Shown here piece after piece: positions 52,030 through 62,454 of a DNA stretch of 64,000 nucleotides. A program made the position numbers and the translations under genes. Position 1 is the stretch's first letter; each line of letters begins with the position of its first letter. The notes under the pieces are model-generated. The model was not told the DNA's origin and did no database searches. It worked only from the letters and a program-made list of their open reading frames with translations. This DNA comes from Hyalangium minutum (GTDB lineage: Bacteria; Myxococcota; Myxococcia; Myxococcales; Myxococcaceae): the NCBI RefSeq assembly GCF_000737315.1, contig NZ_JMCB01000008.1, positions 124,001-188,000 of the forward strand, written 5' to 3'.

Positions 52030-52049
52030 GACGGGGAAATTTCCCCGTC
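52030..52049. promoter_or_regulatory. Perfect 20-bp palindrome in the divergent intergenic region
   Basis: GACGGGGAAATTTCCCCGTC equals its own reverse complement. Confidence 0.6.
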
Positions 52050-52234
52050 GTACCAGACGGCGCGGAAGCCCGGTGAGCAGCCGAGCAGCCTCCAACTCAT
52101 CGGTTTTGCTGGGGATTTCCTCCCAGAAAATCGGCCAGAAAAGGCCGCTTTCTGTTTTTCGAGGGGGCTGTGTCCATGGGGACGCAAACACGCTGCACGG
52201 CCCCGCCGAGGGCCTCACTCGAAAGGAAGACCCC

Positions 52235-53230
52235 ATGTTCCGCAAGACCCTGATGCTGTGCGCCTCGCTCGCGATTGTCGGTTGTGGCAACACCCAGGAG
52301 GACGAGTTCCGCGACGGCCTGCCCTCCAAGGAGATGGTGACCGTGAAGGAGCCGGGCACCAGCGCGGGCCAGAAGCTCGAGGCCGAGGGCGGCGCGGTGT
52401 TCGCGTTCGACAAGGGCCAGACGAGCGACTTCTACAAGCTGACCCGCGGCGCCACAGTGAGCGTGAACCTCGGCACCGCGTTCGTACTCAACCTCATCGA
52501 GGAGGTGACGAAGCACACGCCCACCAGCATCGAGGGCGACGTCGCGGTGTGGGGCCCGTACACGGACGCGCTGAGCCCCAACACCTTCAAGGTCACCGTC
52601 ACCAAGACGGCCGAGAACGCCTACAGCTACAAGGTCGAGGGCAAGGCGAAGACGGCGGCGGACACGGAGTTCAAGACGATCATCTCCGGCTCGCACACCA
52701 TTGCCACGGACGAGCTGGGCAACCGCCTGCGCAACTACGGCTCCGGCAACATCCAGCTGGACTGGGACGCGGCGCAGACGCTCCCCGAGCACGGCGATGA
52801 GCTGGGTACCGCCGCCATCCGCTACTCGAGGCCGGACGCCAAGGCACAGGCCACGGTGGAGGCCGACTTCCGCAACGTCGAGGATGACGAGCGGCCCGGC
52901 ACCCGCGTGAACGCCGACTACCGCTACAAGGAGACGCCGGGCGCTGGTGGCGAGTTCGAGTTCGGCCTGGACAAGAACTTCGACACGGAGCCGGCCCGCT
53001 CGAAGATCGAGCACCTGACCATCAAGAGCCGCTGGGCTCAGACGGGCGCCGGCCGGGCGGACGTGAAGATCTCCGGCGGCGACTACCTGATCGCCTCGGC
53101 CACGGCCAGCGAGTGCTGGGACGCCAACTTCGCCAGCCAGTTCCTGATTGCGAGCTGGGTGACCGCGCCCGTGTACGGGGACGTGTCCGCCTGCGGCAGC
53201 TTCTCGGTGGCGCTCTACTCTTCTCTGTAA
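52235..53230 (+). CDS. Lipoprotein of unknown function (paralog A)
   Basis: AAGGA RBS, ATG 52235, lipobox IVGC; beta-rich; ECWD motif. Confidence 0.88.
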   Translation: MFRKTLMLCASLAIVGCGNTQEDEFRDGLPSKEMVTVKEPGTSAGQKLEAEGGAVFAFDKGQTSDFYKLTRGATVSVNLGTAFVLNLIEEVTKHTPTSIEGDVAVWGPYTDALSPNTFKVTVTKTAENAYSYKVEGKAKTAADTEFKTIISGSHTIATDELGNRLRNYGSGNIQLDWDAAQTLPEHGDELGTAAIRYSRPDAKAQATVEADFRNVEDDERPGTRVNADYRYKETPGAGGEFEFGLDKNFDTEPARSKIEHLTIKSRWAQTGAGRADVKISGGDYLIASATASECWDANFASQFLIASWVTAPVYGDVSACGSFSVALYSSL

Positions 53231-53254
53231 TCCGCGCATTAGACTGCGCGCGCC

Positions 53255-53794
53255 ATGGGAACGAGCCAGCCGGTCCTGAGAGTCATCCAGGGTGGTCCTA
53301 CCGAGGACCGGCGGGCGTTTCTCCAAGAGCTGTACACGAAGTATGGCGGCAGCGTCCTCGGGCGCTGCCGCTACCTGTTGAAGGACGCATCGAAGGCCGA
53401 GGACGCGATGCACGACGTGTTCGCCCGCGCCCTCACTCACTCGGACGGGTTCCGCTCCGAGGCCTCGCCGCTGACATGGTTGATGAAGATCGCCACGAAC
53501 CACTGCCTGAACCAGATCCGATCGGAGCGTGCGGGCTGGCGCAGCTGGTTCCAGCGGGAAGAGGCGGCGAAGCCAGAGGGGCACGGGGGCCCCCAGAGCA
53601 TGGAGACGCGGGACCTGGTGCGGAGGTTGCTGTCGCGGGTGGATGTGGAGACGCAGGCAGCGGTCATCCACTACCACGTGGACGGGATGACGCTGGAGGA
53701 AGTGGCCGCGGCGTTGGGGCGCTCAGTGCCCACGGTGCGCAAGCGGCTGGAGAGTTTCGCCGAGCTGGGCGGAGAAGAGTTGAGGGTCCGATGA
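53255..53794 (+). CDS. ECF sigma-70 factor
   Basis: Region 2 AEDAMHDVF...WLMKIATNHCLN; region 4 GMTLEEVAAALGRSVPTVRKRL. Confidence 0.93.
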   Translation: MGTSQPVLRVIQGGPTEDRRAFLQELYTKYGGSVLGRCRYLLKDASKAEDAMHDVFARALTHSDGFRSEASPLTWLMKIATNHCLNQIRSERAGWRSWFQREEAAKPEGHGGPQSMETRDLVRRLLSRVDVETQAAVIHYHVDGMTLEEVAAALGRSVPTVRKRLESFAELGGEELRVR

Positions 53795-54576
53795 GCGCGC
53801 ACCTTTCAGAGCACCCCTCCGAGTGGACGCTGCGCCGCCTGCACGCTGGCGAGCTGCCAACCCCAGAGGCAACCCGGGCCCGAACCCACGCCGCCGAGTG
53901 CGAGCAGTGCGGCGCCGTGCTCCGCGCGGCCGAGGAGGCCCAGCGCCAGTTCGAAGCCGCCACCCCCTTCGAGCGCTTCGAGGAGGGAGTGAAGCGGGCG
54001 GAGGAGAAGTCCCGGAAGGAGGAGTTGGCCCGCCGGGGCTCGGCTCAGCGGTGGATGGGGCCGGTGGTGGCCCTGGCAGCCACGGTGCTGCTGGTGGTGG
54101 CGGTGCGGCCCCTGCTGGCGACGAGCACGGGGTCCGGGGTGCGGACGAAGGGCGGCGCGGTGGCGGAGCTGCGCATCGGTGGCGGCGAGGGCACGCAGCG
54201 GATGGCTCGGACGAACACTCCCGAGCCGCTGGCCCCGGGCGAGCGCGTGCGGATTGGCTACACGCCAGACACGCGCCGGTACGTGCTGGCGCTGTCGATT
54301 GACTCGGCCGGTGAGGTGACGCCGCTCTACCCCGAGACGGGCGAGAGCCTGCCAGTGAAGCCGGGAGCGGGCACGCACTGGCTGCCGGACAGCATCGAGT
54401 TCACCGGCTCGGGCGCCGAGCGCGTGGTGGTGCTGCTAAGCGACGCTCCGGTGAAGGTGGAAGATGCCACCGCGGCGGCGCGCGAGGCCTTCGAGGCGGT
54501 GGGGAGGGACGTGGCGAAGCTGCCTCCACTGAGCGTGGACGGCGACCAGACGCACTGGATGCTGCTCAAGCCATGA
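53791..54576 (+). CDS. Zinc-binding transmembrane anti-sigma factor with periplasmic DUF4384-like domain
   Basis: HAAECEQC (HxxxCxxC), TM helix, RTKG, LAPGERVRIGY...SIDSAGEVTPLYP; ATGA overlap with the sigma gene. Confidence 0.85.
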   Translation: MSAHLSEHPSEWTLRRLHAGELPTPEATRARTHAAECEQCGAVLRAAEEAQRQFEAATPFERFEEGVKRAEEKSRKEELARRGSAQRWMGPVVALAATVLLVVAVRPLLATSTGSGVRTKGGAVAELRIGGGEGTQRMARTNTPEPLAPGERVRIGYTPDTRRYVLALSIDSAGEVTPLYPETGESLPVKPGAGTHWLPDSIEFTGSGAERVVVLLSDAPVKVEDATAAAREAFEAVGRDVAKLPPLSVDGDQTHWMLLKP

Positions 54577-56177
54577 GGTGCTCGAGGCGACAGCTGGGCG
54601 CCCTTACCCTGGGGTTGCTGCTGGCCACCGCCGCGCAGGCGGAGCCGCTGCGCCGCTTTGCCCTCATCATCGGCAATGACGAGGGCGGCTCGGACACCCG
54701 GCCCCTGAGCTACGCCCGAGAGGACGCGCGCAAGATGCACGGGCTCCTGTCGCGGCTGGGCGGAGTCTCCCCCTCGGACTCGCGGCTGCTGTTGAACGAC
54801 GACGCCCAGGACGTGCTCTCCGCGCTGGCGAACCTGGAGGCCCGCATCCAGGCAGCCCGGACCCGGGGCGAGCGCACCGCGCTGCTCGTCTACTACTCGG
54901 GCCACGCGAAGGACGGCGCGCTGCGGCTGGGAGACACACGGCTGCCCTTCGACACGTTCAAGAAGCGGCTGGCGGACGCTCCGGCGGACATCCGCATCGC
55001 CATCCTGGACTCGTGCCGCTCGGGCGCACTGACGCGGACCAAGGGTGCCCGGCGCGCGCCCGCCTTCGAGATCGACTCCGGGGCTACGCGGGACGCACGG
55101 GGCCTGGTGATCCTCACCTCCAGCTCAGCGGACGAGGACTCGCAGGAGTCAGATGTGATCGGCGGCAGCTACTTCTCCCACCACCTGACGAGCGGGCTCC
55201 TGGGAGATGCGGATCGCTCTGGCGACGGGCAGGTGACGCTCTTCGAGGCGTACTCGCACGCGTACGATCGGACGGTGGCGGACACGGCGGGCAGCAGCGC
55301 GGGGCCGCAGCACCCCACGTTCAGCTACGACCTCGCGGGCAACGGGGACCTGGTGCTCACGAACCTGCGCACCTCCGAGGGGCTGGTGGTGCCTCGCTCG
55401 GCGCCAGGAGGGGCCTATTACTTCGTGAATCCGAGCGGACTGGTGGTGGCGGAGCTGGAGAAGGCGCCAGAGACAGAGCGGCGGGTGGCGCTCGCGCCGG
55501 GCACGTACCGGGTGAAGCGCCGCCTGGAGGATCGGCTGCGCATCGGCGAGGTGGAGGTCCGTCGCGGACAGGAGACCGTGCTGGAGGAGTTCCGGTTTCG
55601 CGATGCGCCCTTCTCGGACGATCCGGTGAAGGGAGGCCGCGGACGGGGCTCCTTCTGGACCGTGGGGCTGACGGGCGGCTACCACTCCTTCTTCGATCGG
55701 GACATCCGCGAGTCCCTGTTCCTCTCCGTGCCCCTGGTGGGCGGCGAGGTGAACCTCCACAACTACTTCCGCGAGGACTGGGTGTGGGGCTTCGACGTGG
55801 CGCTGGGAGGCCGCGCCGCGAAGCTGAGCCTGGAGAACCTGTCGGGCGCGAGCTACCGCTACTCGGTGCTCAACCTGGGCACCTCCCTGACCGCCGAGTG
55901 GCACGTGGGAGACCTGGCTCCCTTCGCGGGCGCGCGGCTCGCGTACCTTTATATGGGCCGCAAGTTCGACGGCGGGGTGTTCCCGGATCAGTTCTACGCG
56001 ACGTTCTCTCCCGGACTGGTGGCGGGCCTGCGCTATCGGCTGCTGCGCAGTCTGCACCTCACCGGGCGCGGCCGGCTGCACTACCTCACCTATAACGTCC
56101 ACGAAGAAGGCACCGAGAACAGCAACAGCTCCCTGGGCTACTGGGAGCTGTCGGCCCTGGTGACCTATGAGCTCTAA
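54573..56177 (+). CDS. Exported caspase-family (C14) protease with C-terminal beta-barrel-like domain
   Basis: Signal peptide ending AAQA; RRFALIIGN, YYSGHA, ILDSCRSG, SSSADEDSQES...SYFSHHL..GL; LAPGTYRV; amphipathic strands at the C-terminus. Confidence 0.88.
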   Translation: MRCSRRQLGALTLGLLLATAAQAEPLRRFALIIGNDEGGSDTRPLSYAREDARKMHGLLSRLGGVSPSDSRLLLNDDAQDVLSALANLEARIQAARTRGERTALLVYYSGHAKDGALRLGDTRLPFDTFKKRLADAPADIRIAILDSCRSGALTRTKGARRAPAFEIDSGATRDARGLVILTSSSADEDSQESDVIGGSYFSHHLTSGLLGDADRSGDGQVTLFEAYSHAYDRTVADTAGSSAGPQHPTFSYDLAGNGDLVLTNLRTSEGLVVPRSAPGGAYYFVNPSGLVVAELEKAPETERRVALAPGTYRVKRRLEDRLRIGEVEVRRGQETVLEEFRFRDAPFSDDPVKGGRGRGSFWTVGLTGGYHSFFDRDIRESLFLSVPLVGGEVNLHNYFREDWVWGFDVALGGRAAKLSLENLSGASYRYSVLNLGTSLTAEWHVGDLAPFAGARLAYLYMGRKFDGGVFPDQFYATFSPGLVAGLRYRLLRSLHLTGRGRLHYLTYNVHEEGTENSNSSLGYWELSALVTYEL

Positions 56178-56187
56178 GGAGCGCGCG

Positions 56188-57144
56188 ATGCGAAACCTCT
56201 GGCCCGCACTCCTCTGTCTCCTGGCCGCGTGCGGCGGCAACTTCTCCAACGAGGACCTCGAGTATCTCAACGCCCTGCCCTCGCGCGAAGCGCTCGCCAG
56301 CAAGCTGCCCGAGAGCAGCGCGAGCACGATCGGCGGAGGCCTGGCGCAGCGCCGGGATCAGCTCGCGCTGGGAGACGTCTCCCAGCTCTACGTGGACACA
56401 CGGAAGGCCTCCACGGACTTCAACGCCTCGGTGGATGGGCTGCTGAGCCTGCTGGAGAACATCCGCACCGTGCCACCCACCACGCGCGAGCCAGACCGGC
56501 GTACCTGGGGCCCGTGGAGGGACGACGCCCATCCAGGCAACGACGTGCGCTTCGTGATGGATCGCGCGGGAGATTTCTTCGAGTACCACCTCGACTACAA
56601 GCCCTCATCGGCCTCCGCTGAGGACGCCTGGTGGACCTTCCTGGAGGGCTCTTTCAAGGCGGACGCGGGCATCCGCGTGGGCGAGGGCAAGTTGCACCTG
56701 CTCATCGATGTCGCGCTGGCCCATGGCCTCAACGTGGGCGAGCTGCGGACCCTCAAGCGGCTGGACATCGACTACCAGAACAAAGCGCTCCCCACGCTCG
56801 TGGAGATGAGCTTCACCTCGCAGCCTGTGCCGCCCCTGAGCTCCCAGCAGGTTCGCTACACCTACCGCGAGCTGACCGGTGGCCTGGGGGAGATGCGCTT
56901 CCTGCTGAAGGAAACGGACGCCGTGCCGGGCAATCTGCTCGAGGACGTGGAGATCACCAGTCGTTGGACGTCAAACAGTGGCGGTGTGGCCACCTTCGTC
57001 ATCCTTCGCGGGGACCTCATGGGCGCCAGCTACAAAGAATGCTGGGACGCCCAGAACCACATCACCTTCGCCAAGAGGAGCTGGGAGTTCTTCGGGATTG
57101 GCAAAGCCAGCGATTGTCCGAACCTTTCAGCCTTTGACAATTGA
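56188..57144 (+). CDS. Lipoprotein of unknown function (paralog B)
   Basis: AAGGAG RBS, lipobox LAAC; aligns by eye with 52235..53230. Confidence 0.88.
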   Translation: MRNLWPALLCLLAACGGNFSNEDLEYLNALPSREALASKLPESSASTIGGGLAQRRDQLALGDVSQLYVDTRKASTDFNASVDGLLSLLENIRTVPPTTREPDRRTWGPWRDDAHPGNDVRFVMDRAGDFFEYHLDYKPSSASAEDAWWTFLEGSFKADAGIRVGEGKLHLLIDVALAHGLNVGELRTLKRLDIDYQNKALPTLVEMSFTSQPVPPLSSQQVRYTYRELTGGLGEMRFLLKETDAVPGNLLEDVEITSRWTSNSGGVATFVILRGDLMGASYKECWDAQNHITFAKRSWEFFGIGKASDCPNLSAFDN

Positions 57145-57289
57145 GTGGAAATTGACGCGGAGCGGCACTGTTGTCTGAGAAAAGGTTGGCTGTTGTCAGA
57201 GGCGCTTGTTAGGCAGGCAGCCCCCGCGCTCCATGCCCTTGCCTATGGCACCCCTAGTTGGCGCTGGGACAACCTCTGGAGGTTACACA

Positions 57290-57739
57290 ATGAAGGCGAA
57301 TCGTCTTTTCATCGCGTGTGTGGCGGCCCTCTCTCTCGTGGCGTGCGGTGGCGGCACCGAGCTGACCGCAGTGCTGTCGGGCGCGGCGGAGAAGCCCAGC
57401 GCGGTGACCACCACCGGCAGCGGCAGCACGGACGTCACGGTGGACGGCAAGAAGATCGAGGTGACTGGCAGCTTCAAGGACCTCAGCGGCAACGCCACGG
57501 CGGCCCACATCCACGGCCCGGCCGATGCGAGCAGCACCGCGGGCGTCTTCTGCAACCTGACCGTGCCGGCCGCCGCCAGCGGCTCCATCACCACGGACAA
57601 GAACGCCGGTTCTTGCGGGGCCATTGAGCTGACCGAAGCCCAGGTGGCCGACTTCGAGGCCGGCAAGTACTACATCAACATCCACACCGCCGCGAACGCG
57701 AACGGCGAGATCCGCGGCCAGCTGATCAAGAAGGAGTAG
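57290..57739 (+). CDS. CHRD-domain lipoprotein
   Basis: GGAGG RBS, lipobox LVAC, LSGAAE, AAHIHG, YINIHT....GEIRGQL. Confidence 0.9.
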   Translation: MKANRLFIACVAALSLVACGGGTELTAVLSGAAEKPSAVTTTGSGSTDVTVDGKKIEVTGSFKDLSGNATAAHIHGPADASSTAGVFCNLTVPAAASGSITTDKNAGSCGAIELTEAQVADFEAGKYYINIHTAANANGEIRGQLIKKE

Positions 57740-57815
57740 CGGAAGGGGGCCTCCTGGCCCCTCTGGGGCAGGCCGGGCTGCCGCTTGCTCGCCTGCCCCA
57801 CCCCGTTGTCCTTCC

Positions 57816-57844
57816 TTGACTCGGCCTTGCCTGCTCTTTAGGTT
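57816..57844 (+). promoter_or_regulatory. Sigma70-type promoter of rpoZ
   Basis: TTGACT-17 nt-TAGGTT. Confidence 0.55.
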
Positions 57845-57879
57845 CCGGTCCTTCCTCAAGAGAAGCCTGAAGGATCGCC

Positions 57880-58170
57880 ATGGCCCGTATCACCGTCGAA
57901 GACTGCCTCCCCCTCGTCGACAACCGCTTCGCCCTGGTGCTGCTCGGCGCCAAGCGCGCCCGCCAGCTCATGGCCGGCGCCCGCCCCATCATCGAGATCT
58001 CCAAGAACAAGCCCCCCGTGCTCTCCCTCCGGGAGGTGGCCACTGGCCGCGTGAAGTTCGACCGCGACGTGCGCGAGGCGCTGTCCGGCAAGTACTCCGC
58101 GGACGAGGCCAAGGCCGCTGCCGCTCCGGCCGCTCCTCCGGCCGCGCCGACGCTGCCCCCCTCTGTCTGA
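57880..58170 (+). CDS. rpoZ: RNA polymerase omega subunit
   Basis: [10 protein letters not shown]...[16 protein letters not shown]. Confidence 0.95.
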   Translation: MARITVEDCLPLVDNRFALVLLGAKRARQLMAGARPIIEISKNKPPVLSLREVATGRVKFDRDVREALSGKYSADEAKAAAAPAAPPAAPTLPPSV

Positions 58171-58197
58171 GCCCGGCTCCCTCTGGGAGCCCTTGAC

Positions 58198-58644
58198 TCA
58201 CTTGGGGGGAATCGAGTCTCCCGCGCGCAGCAGCTTCACCGCGCGCGCGGCGATGGACTTCTCCCCCTTGTAGCCCAGCATCGGGACGAGCTGTACCAGC
58301 GGTACCCACCGCGCCTCGTCCACCTCCACACGCGGCCCCGGCGGCAGCACTCCCAGCTCCCCGGACAGGTAGCGGAAGAGGAAGAAGTGGACGCGCTTGA
58401 AGATGCGCTGTCCGCGGAACTGGTAGACGTAGCGGATCTCCCCCAGTGACGAGAGGAGACTGGCCGTGAGGCCCGTCTCCTCGCGCACCTCGCGGGTGGC
58501 GGTCTGCTCGGGCGTCTCGCCGGGATCCACGTGTCCCTTGGGCAGCGCCCACAGGGAGCGGCCGTGGGGGCGGATCACCGCCACCTCCCAGCTCCCCGCA
58601 TTCTCGCGGATGACTATTCCTCCGGCGGACGCCTCGCGCGGCAT
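58198..58644 (-). CDS. NUDIX hydrolase
   Basis: Nudix box GHVDPGETPEQTATREVREETG. Confidence 0.93.
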   Translation of the reverse strand: MPREASAGGIVIRENAGSWEVAVIRPHGRSLWALPKGHVDPGETPEQTATREVREETGLTASLLSSLGEIRYVYQFRGQRIFKRVHFFLFRYLSGELGVLPPGPRVEVDEARWVPLVQLVPMLGYKGEKSIAARAVKLLRAGDSIPPK

Positions 58645-58682
58645 ACGGGGAGCACCCTACCCCGAAGTGAACCGCCCGTGGC

Positions 58683-59330
58683 CTACATCCCGCTGGAGAA
58701 GTGCCGCAGCTTCGCCTCCGCACCGAGCCGGTAGGCGTACCGAAGGTCGGACAGCAGCCTATCCAGCCGCCGTCCGGCCACATGCCCCATCAGCCGGGTG
58801 CAGAACGAGCGGGACAGCCGGTTGGCCTCCTCGTACCGCCAGCGCTCCTGGGTGGACAGCCGGGGCCGGTAGGAGACGCGCTCGAACAGGCGCCGCCGCA
58901 GCTCCTCGGACCAGGCCTTCACACCCTCGCCCCAGCGGTGCAGCAGGCAGACGGCGAACTTGTCCACCTCGGCCTGGGCCTCCAGTTCCAGCAGCGACAG
59001 AGCCCGCCCGTGGGCTGCCGTATGCGCCACATAGAGGAAGTGAGAGACACCCTCGGCCAGCTGGCAGTACCCATCGAGATCGCCATCGAGGATGTGGCCC
59101 ACGGGGCCCGCCTCGTAGGGCTTGAGCCGATCCAGCAGCGAGGGCGCCAGGTAGAGGGCCAGCTCCAGTTCCTCCTCCCCAGCCCCTCCGGCGACCAGCA
59201 GCTCCTCCTCCGCGCGCCCGGTGGATCCCAGCTGCACGGCGGCCTCCCGGTCCACCACGAAGGTCTCTGCCCGCGCCTCGCAGGTGATGCCGTAGATGGC
59301 CTCCAGGTGCTCCTGGATCCGACCGATCAT
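58683..59330 (-). CDS. Conserved hypothetical protein
   Basis: 215-aa ORF with coding-like composition; EGVSHFLY and ELEAQAEVDKF motifs; 12 bp from the upstream gene. Confidence 0.78.
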   Translation of the reverse strand: MIGRIQEHLEAIYGITCEARAETFVVDREAAVQLGSTGRAEEELLVAGGAGEEELELALYLAPSLLDRLKPYEAGPVGHILDGDLDGYCQLAEGVSHFLYVAHTAAHGRALSLLELEAQAEVDKFAVCLLHRWGEGVKAWSEELRRRLFERVSYRPRLSTQERWRYEEANRLSRSFCTRLMGHVAGRRLDRLLSDLRYAYRLGAEAKLRHFSSGM

Positions 59331-59342
59331 GCGTGCTCCCGG

Positions 59343-59939
59343 CTAGTTGGGCAGATTCCCTTTGGGCGTCAGCATCCCCGCGTCCACCAGCACCCGCTCC
59401 AGCTTGTTGCTGCCGGTGCGCACCCACGTCTCGTACACCTTCAGAGTGCCCGTGGGCCCGCCCTGCACCATGCCGCGCGCGGAGATCTCCTCCAGCACGT
59501 CCACCAGGGCCCGGAACTTGGAGCACAGCTCGCGGTACACGTCCGCGAACCCCGCGCCGGGAGACAGATCGGCCACCTGCCCGTATGCCGTCCCGCCCAT
59601 CTGGATGTAGTAGTCCGGCCCCACCACGCTGCTCTGCAGGGCGCCCGCGAAGAACCCGGCCTTGTAGAGCGAGACGTCCCCCAGACGCCTCAGCGTCCGG
59701 ATGCGCTCTTCGCGATCTTGCTGCAGCGCCCGGTGGTACATCACCGCCAGCGGCTCGTGGTCCTTGCGCCCCTCCTGCTCCTGGCTGAACAGCTTGTCAC
59801 TGGCCGCAAACTCGGAGAGCAGGTTGACGAGGTAGAACTCCGTCATCTCCGCGATGACTACGCGCTGACGGCGAATGACTTCGCCCAGTATCGACTTGAA
59901 GAACTCCTTCAAAGAAGAACCAGTCACCAGTTCACTCAT
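59343..59939 (-). CDS. Conserved hypothetical protein
   Basis: GGAGG RBS before ATG 59939; YLVNLL, LRRLGDVSLYKAGFF, YYIQMGGTAY. Confidence 0.8.
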   Translation of the reverse strand: MSELVTGSSLKEFFKSILGEVIRRQRVVIAEMTEFYLVNLLSEFAASDKLFSQEQEGRKDHEPLAVMYHRALQQDREERIRTLRRLGDVSLYKAGFFAGALQSSVVGPDYYIQMGGTAYGQVADLSPGAGFADVYRELCSKFRALVDVLEEISARGMVQGGPTGTLKVYETWVRTGSNKLERVLVDAGMLTPKGNLPN

Positions 59940-60039
59940 CGACATCACCTCCGTCTCCCAGTGACGGGAGCTACCCCAAAAGGGTAGCAGCGGACGTTTT
60001 TGCCCGCAAAAGAGACCCCAGTCTTTTCAGACACTTACG

Positions 60040-60066
60040 CTGGCACTCTCCCTGGGAGAGTGCCAA
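60040..60066. promoter_or_regulatory. Variant CIRCE (HrcA operator) near the divergent genes
   Basis: CTGGCACTC-N9-GAGTGCCAA. Confidence 0.7.
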
Positions 60067-60178
60067 TTCCCGCAGGTGTGACCGGCGCGCGGCCGAGGCG
60101 GCTCCGAGCGGTGGCCTGCTGAAAAAAGGCAGTCAGGACGGCTGGTTAACGAAGCACAAGGACTCGCGTCGGGGTCGC

Positions 60179-60206
60179 TTGACGAGGTGACTTCCCTGGT
60201 TATTAT
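60179..60206 (+). promoter_or_regulatory. Sigma70-type promoter of groES-groEL
   Basis: TTGACG-16 nt-TATTAT just upstream of the consensus CIRCE. Confidence 0.6.
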
Positions 60207-60222
60207 CCGGCGCGCTTGAGCC

Positions 60223-60249
60223 TTAGCACTCGGCAGTAGCGAGTGCTAA
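60223..60249. promoter_or_regulatory. Consensus CIRCE element
   Basis: TTAGCACTC-GGCAGTAGC-GAGTGCTAA, exact consensus. Confidence 0.95.
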
Positions 60250-60328
60250 AGCCCCCGGGCCCTCAGGCCCCTATCACCCCAGGCGCACGGCCCTCCCGGG
60301 CGCCTACTCGCTAGCAAGGAGACTGACC

Positions 60329-60619
60329 ATGAAGATTCGCCCCCTGCAGGACCGCCTCATCATCAAGCGCGTGGCTGAGGAGAACAAGACCAAGGGAGGT
60401 CTGTTCATCCCCGATACGGCCAAGGAGAAGCCGCTCGAGGGTAAGGTAGTTGCTGTCGGCAACGGCAAGGTGCTCGAGGACGGCAAGATCCGCCCGATGG
60501 ACATCAAGGCCGGCGACACCATCCTCTTCAGCAAGTACGCGGGCACCGAGATCAAGATCGACGGTGAGGATCACCTCATCCTCCGTGAGGAGGACGTGCT
60601 GGGTGTGATCGAGAAGTAA
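60329..60619 (+). CDS. groES: Co-chaperonin GroES
   Basis: [31 protein letters not shown]. Confidence 0.98.
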   Translation: MKIRPLQDRLIIKRVAEENKTKGGLFIPDTAKEKPLEGKVVAVGNGKVLEDGKIRPMDIKAGDTILFSKYAGTEIKIDGEDHLILREEDVLGVIEK

Positions 60620-62308
<1,689 letters not shown>

Positions 62309-62345
62309 TCGCCCCCTCGCCTGGCGCCTCGCGCGCCTGGTGGGC

Positions 62346-62389
62346 ACGGCCTCCGGTTCCTTCGTGGAGCCGGGGGCCGTCTGCTTTTT
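62346..62389 (+). terminator. Intrinsic terminator of groEL
   Basis: ACGGCCTCCGGTTCC-TTCGT-GGAGCCGGGGGCCGT, then TTTTT. Confidence 0.75.
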
Positions 62390-62454
62390 CGGGGAAGGTG
62401 GCGCGCCGCTGCCCTGCCTCTTAGCTTTGCTGGAAGACGAACAGGAGGACTGCC

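Noticed and set aside
58683-59330. Zincin metalloprotease call from EGVSH...E
   Set aside because: Not a true HExxH motif; left as hypothetical
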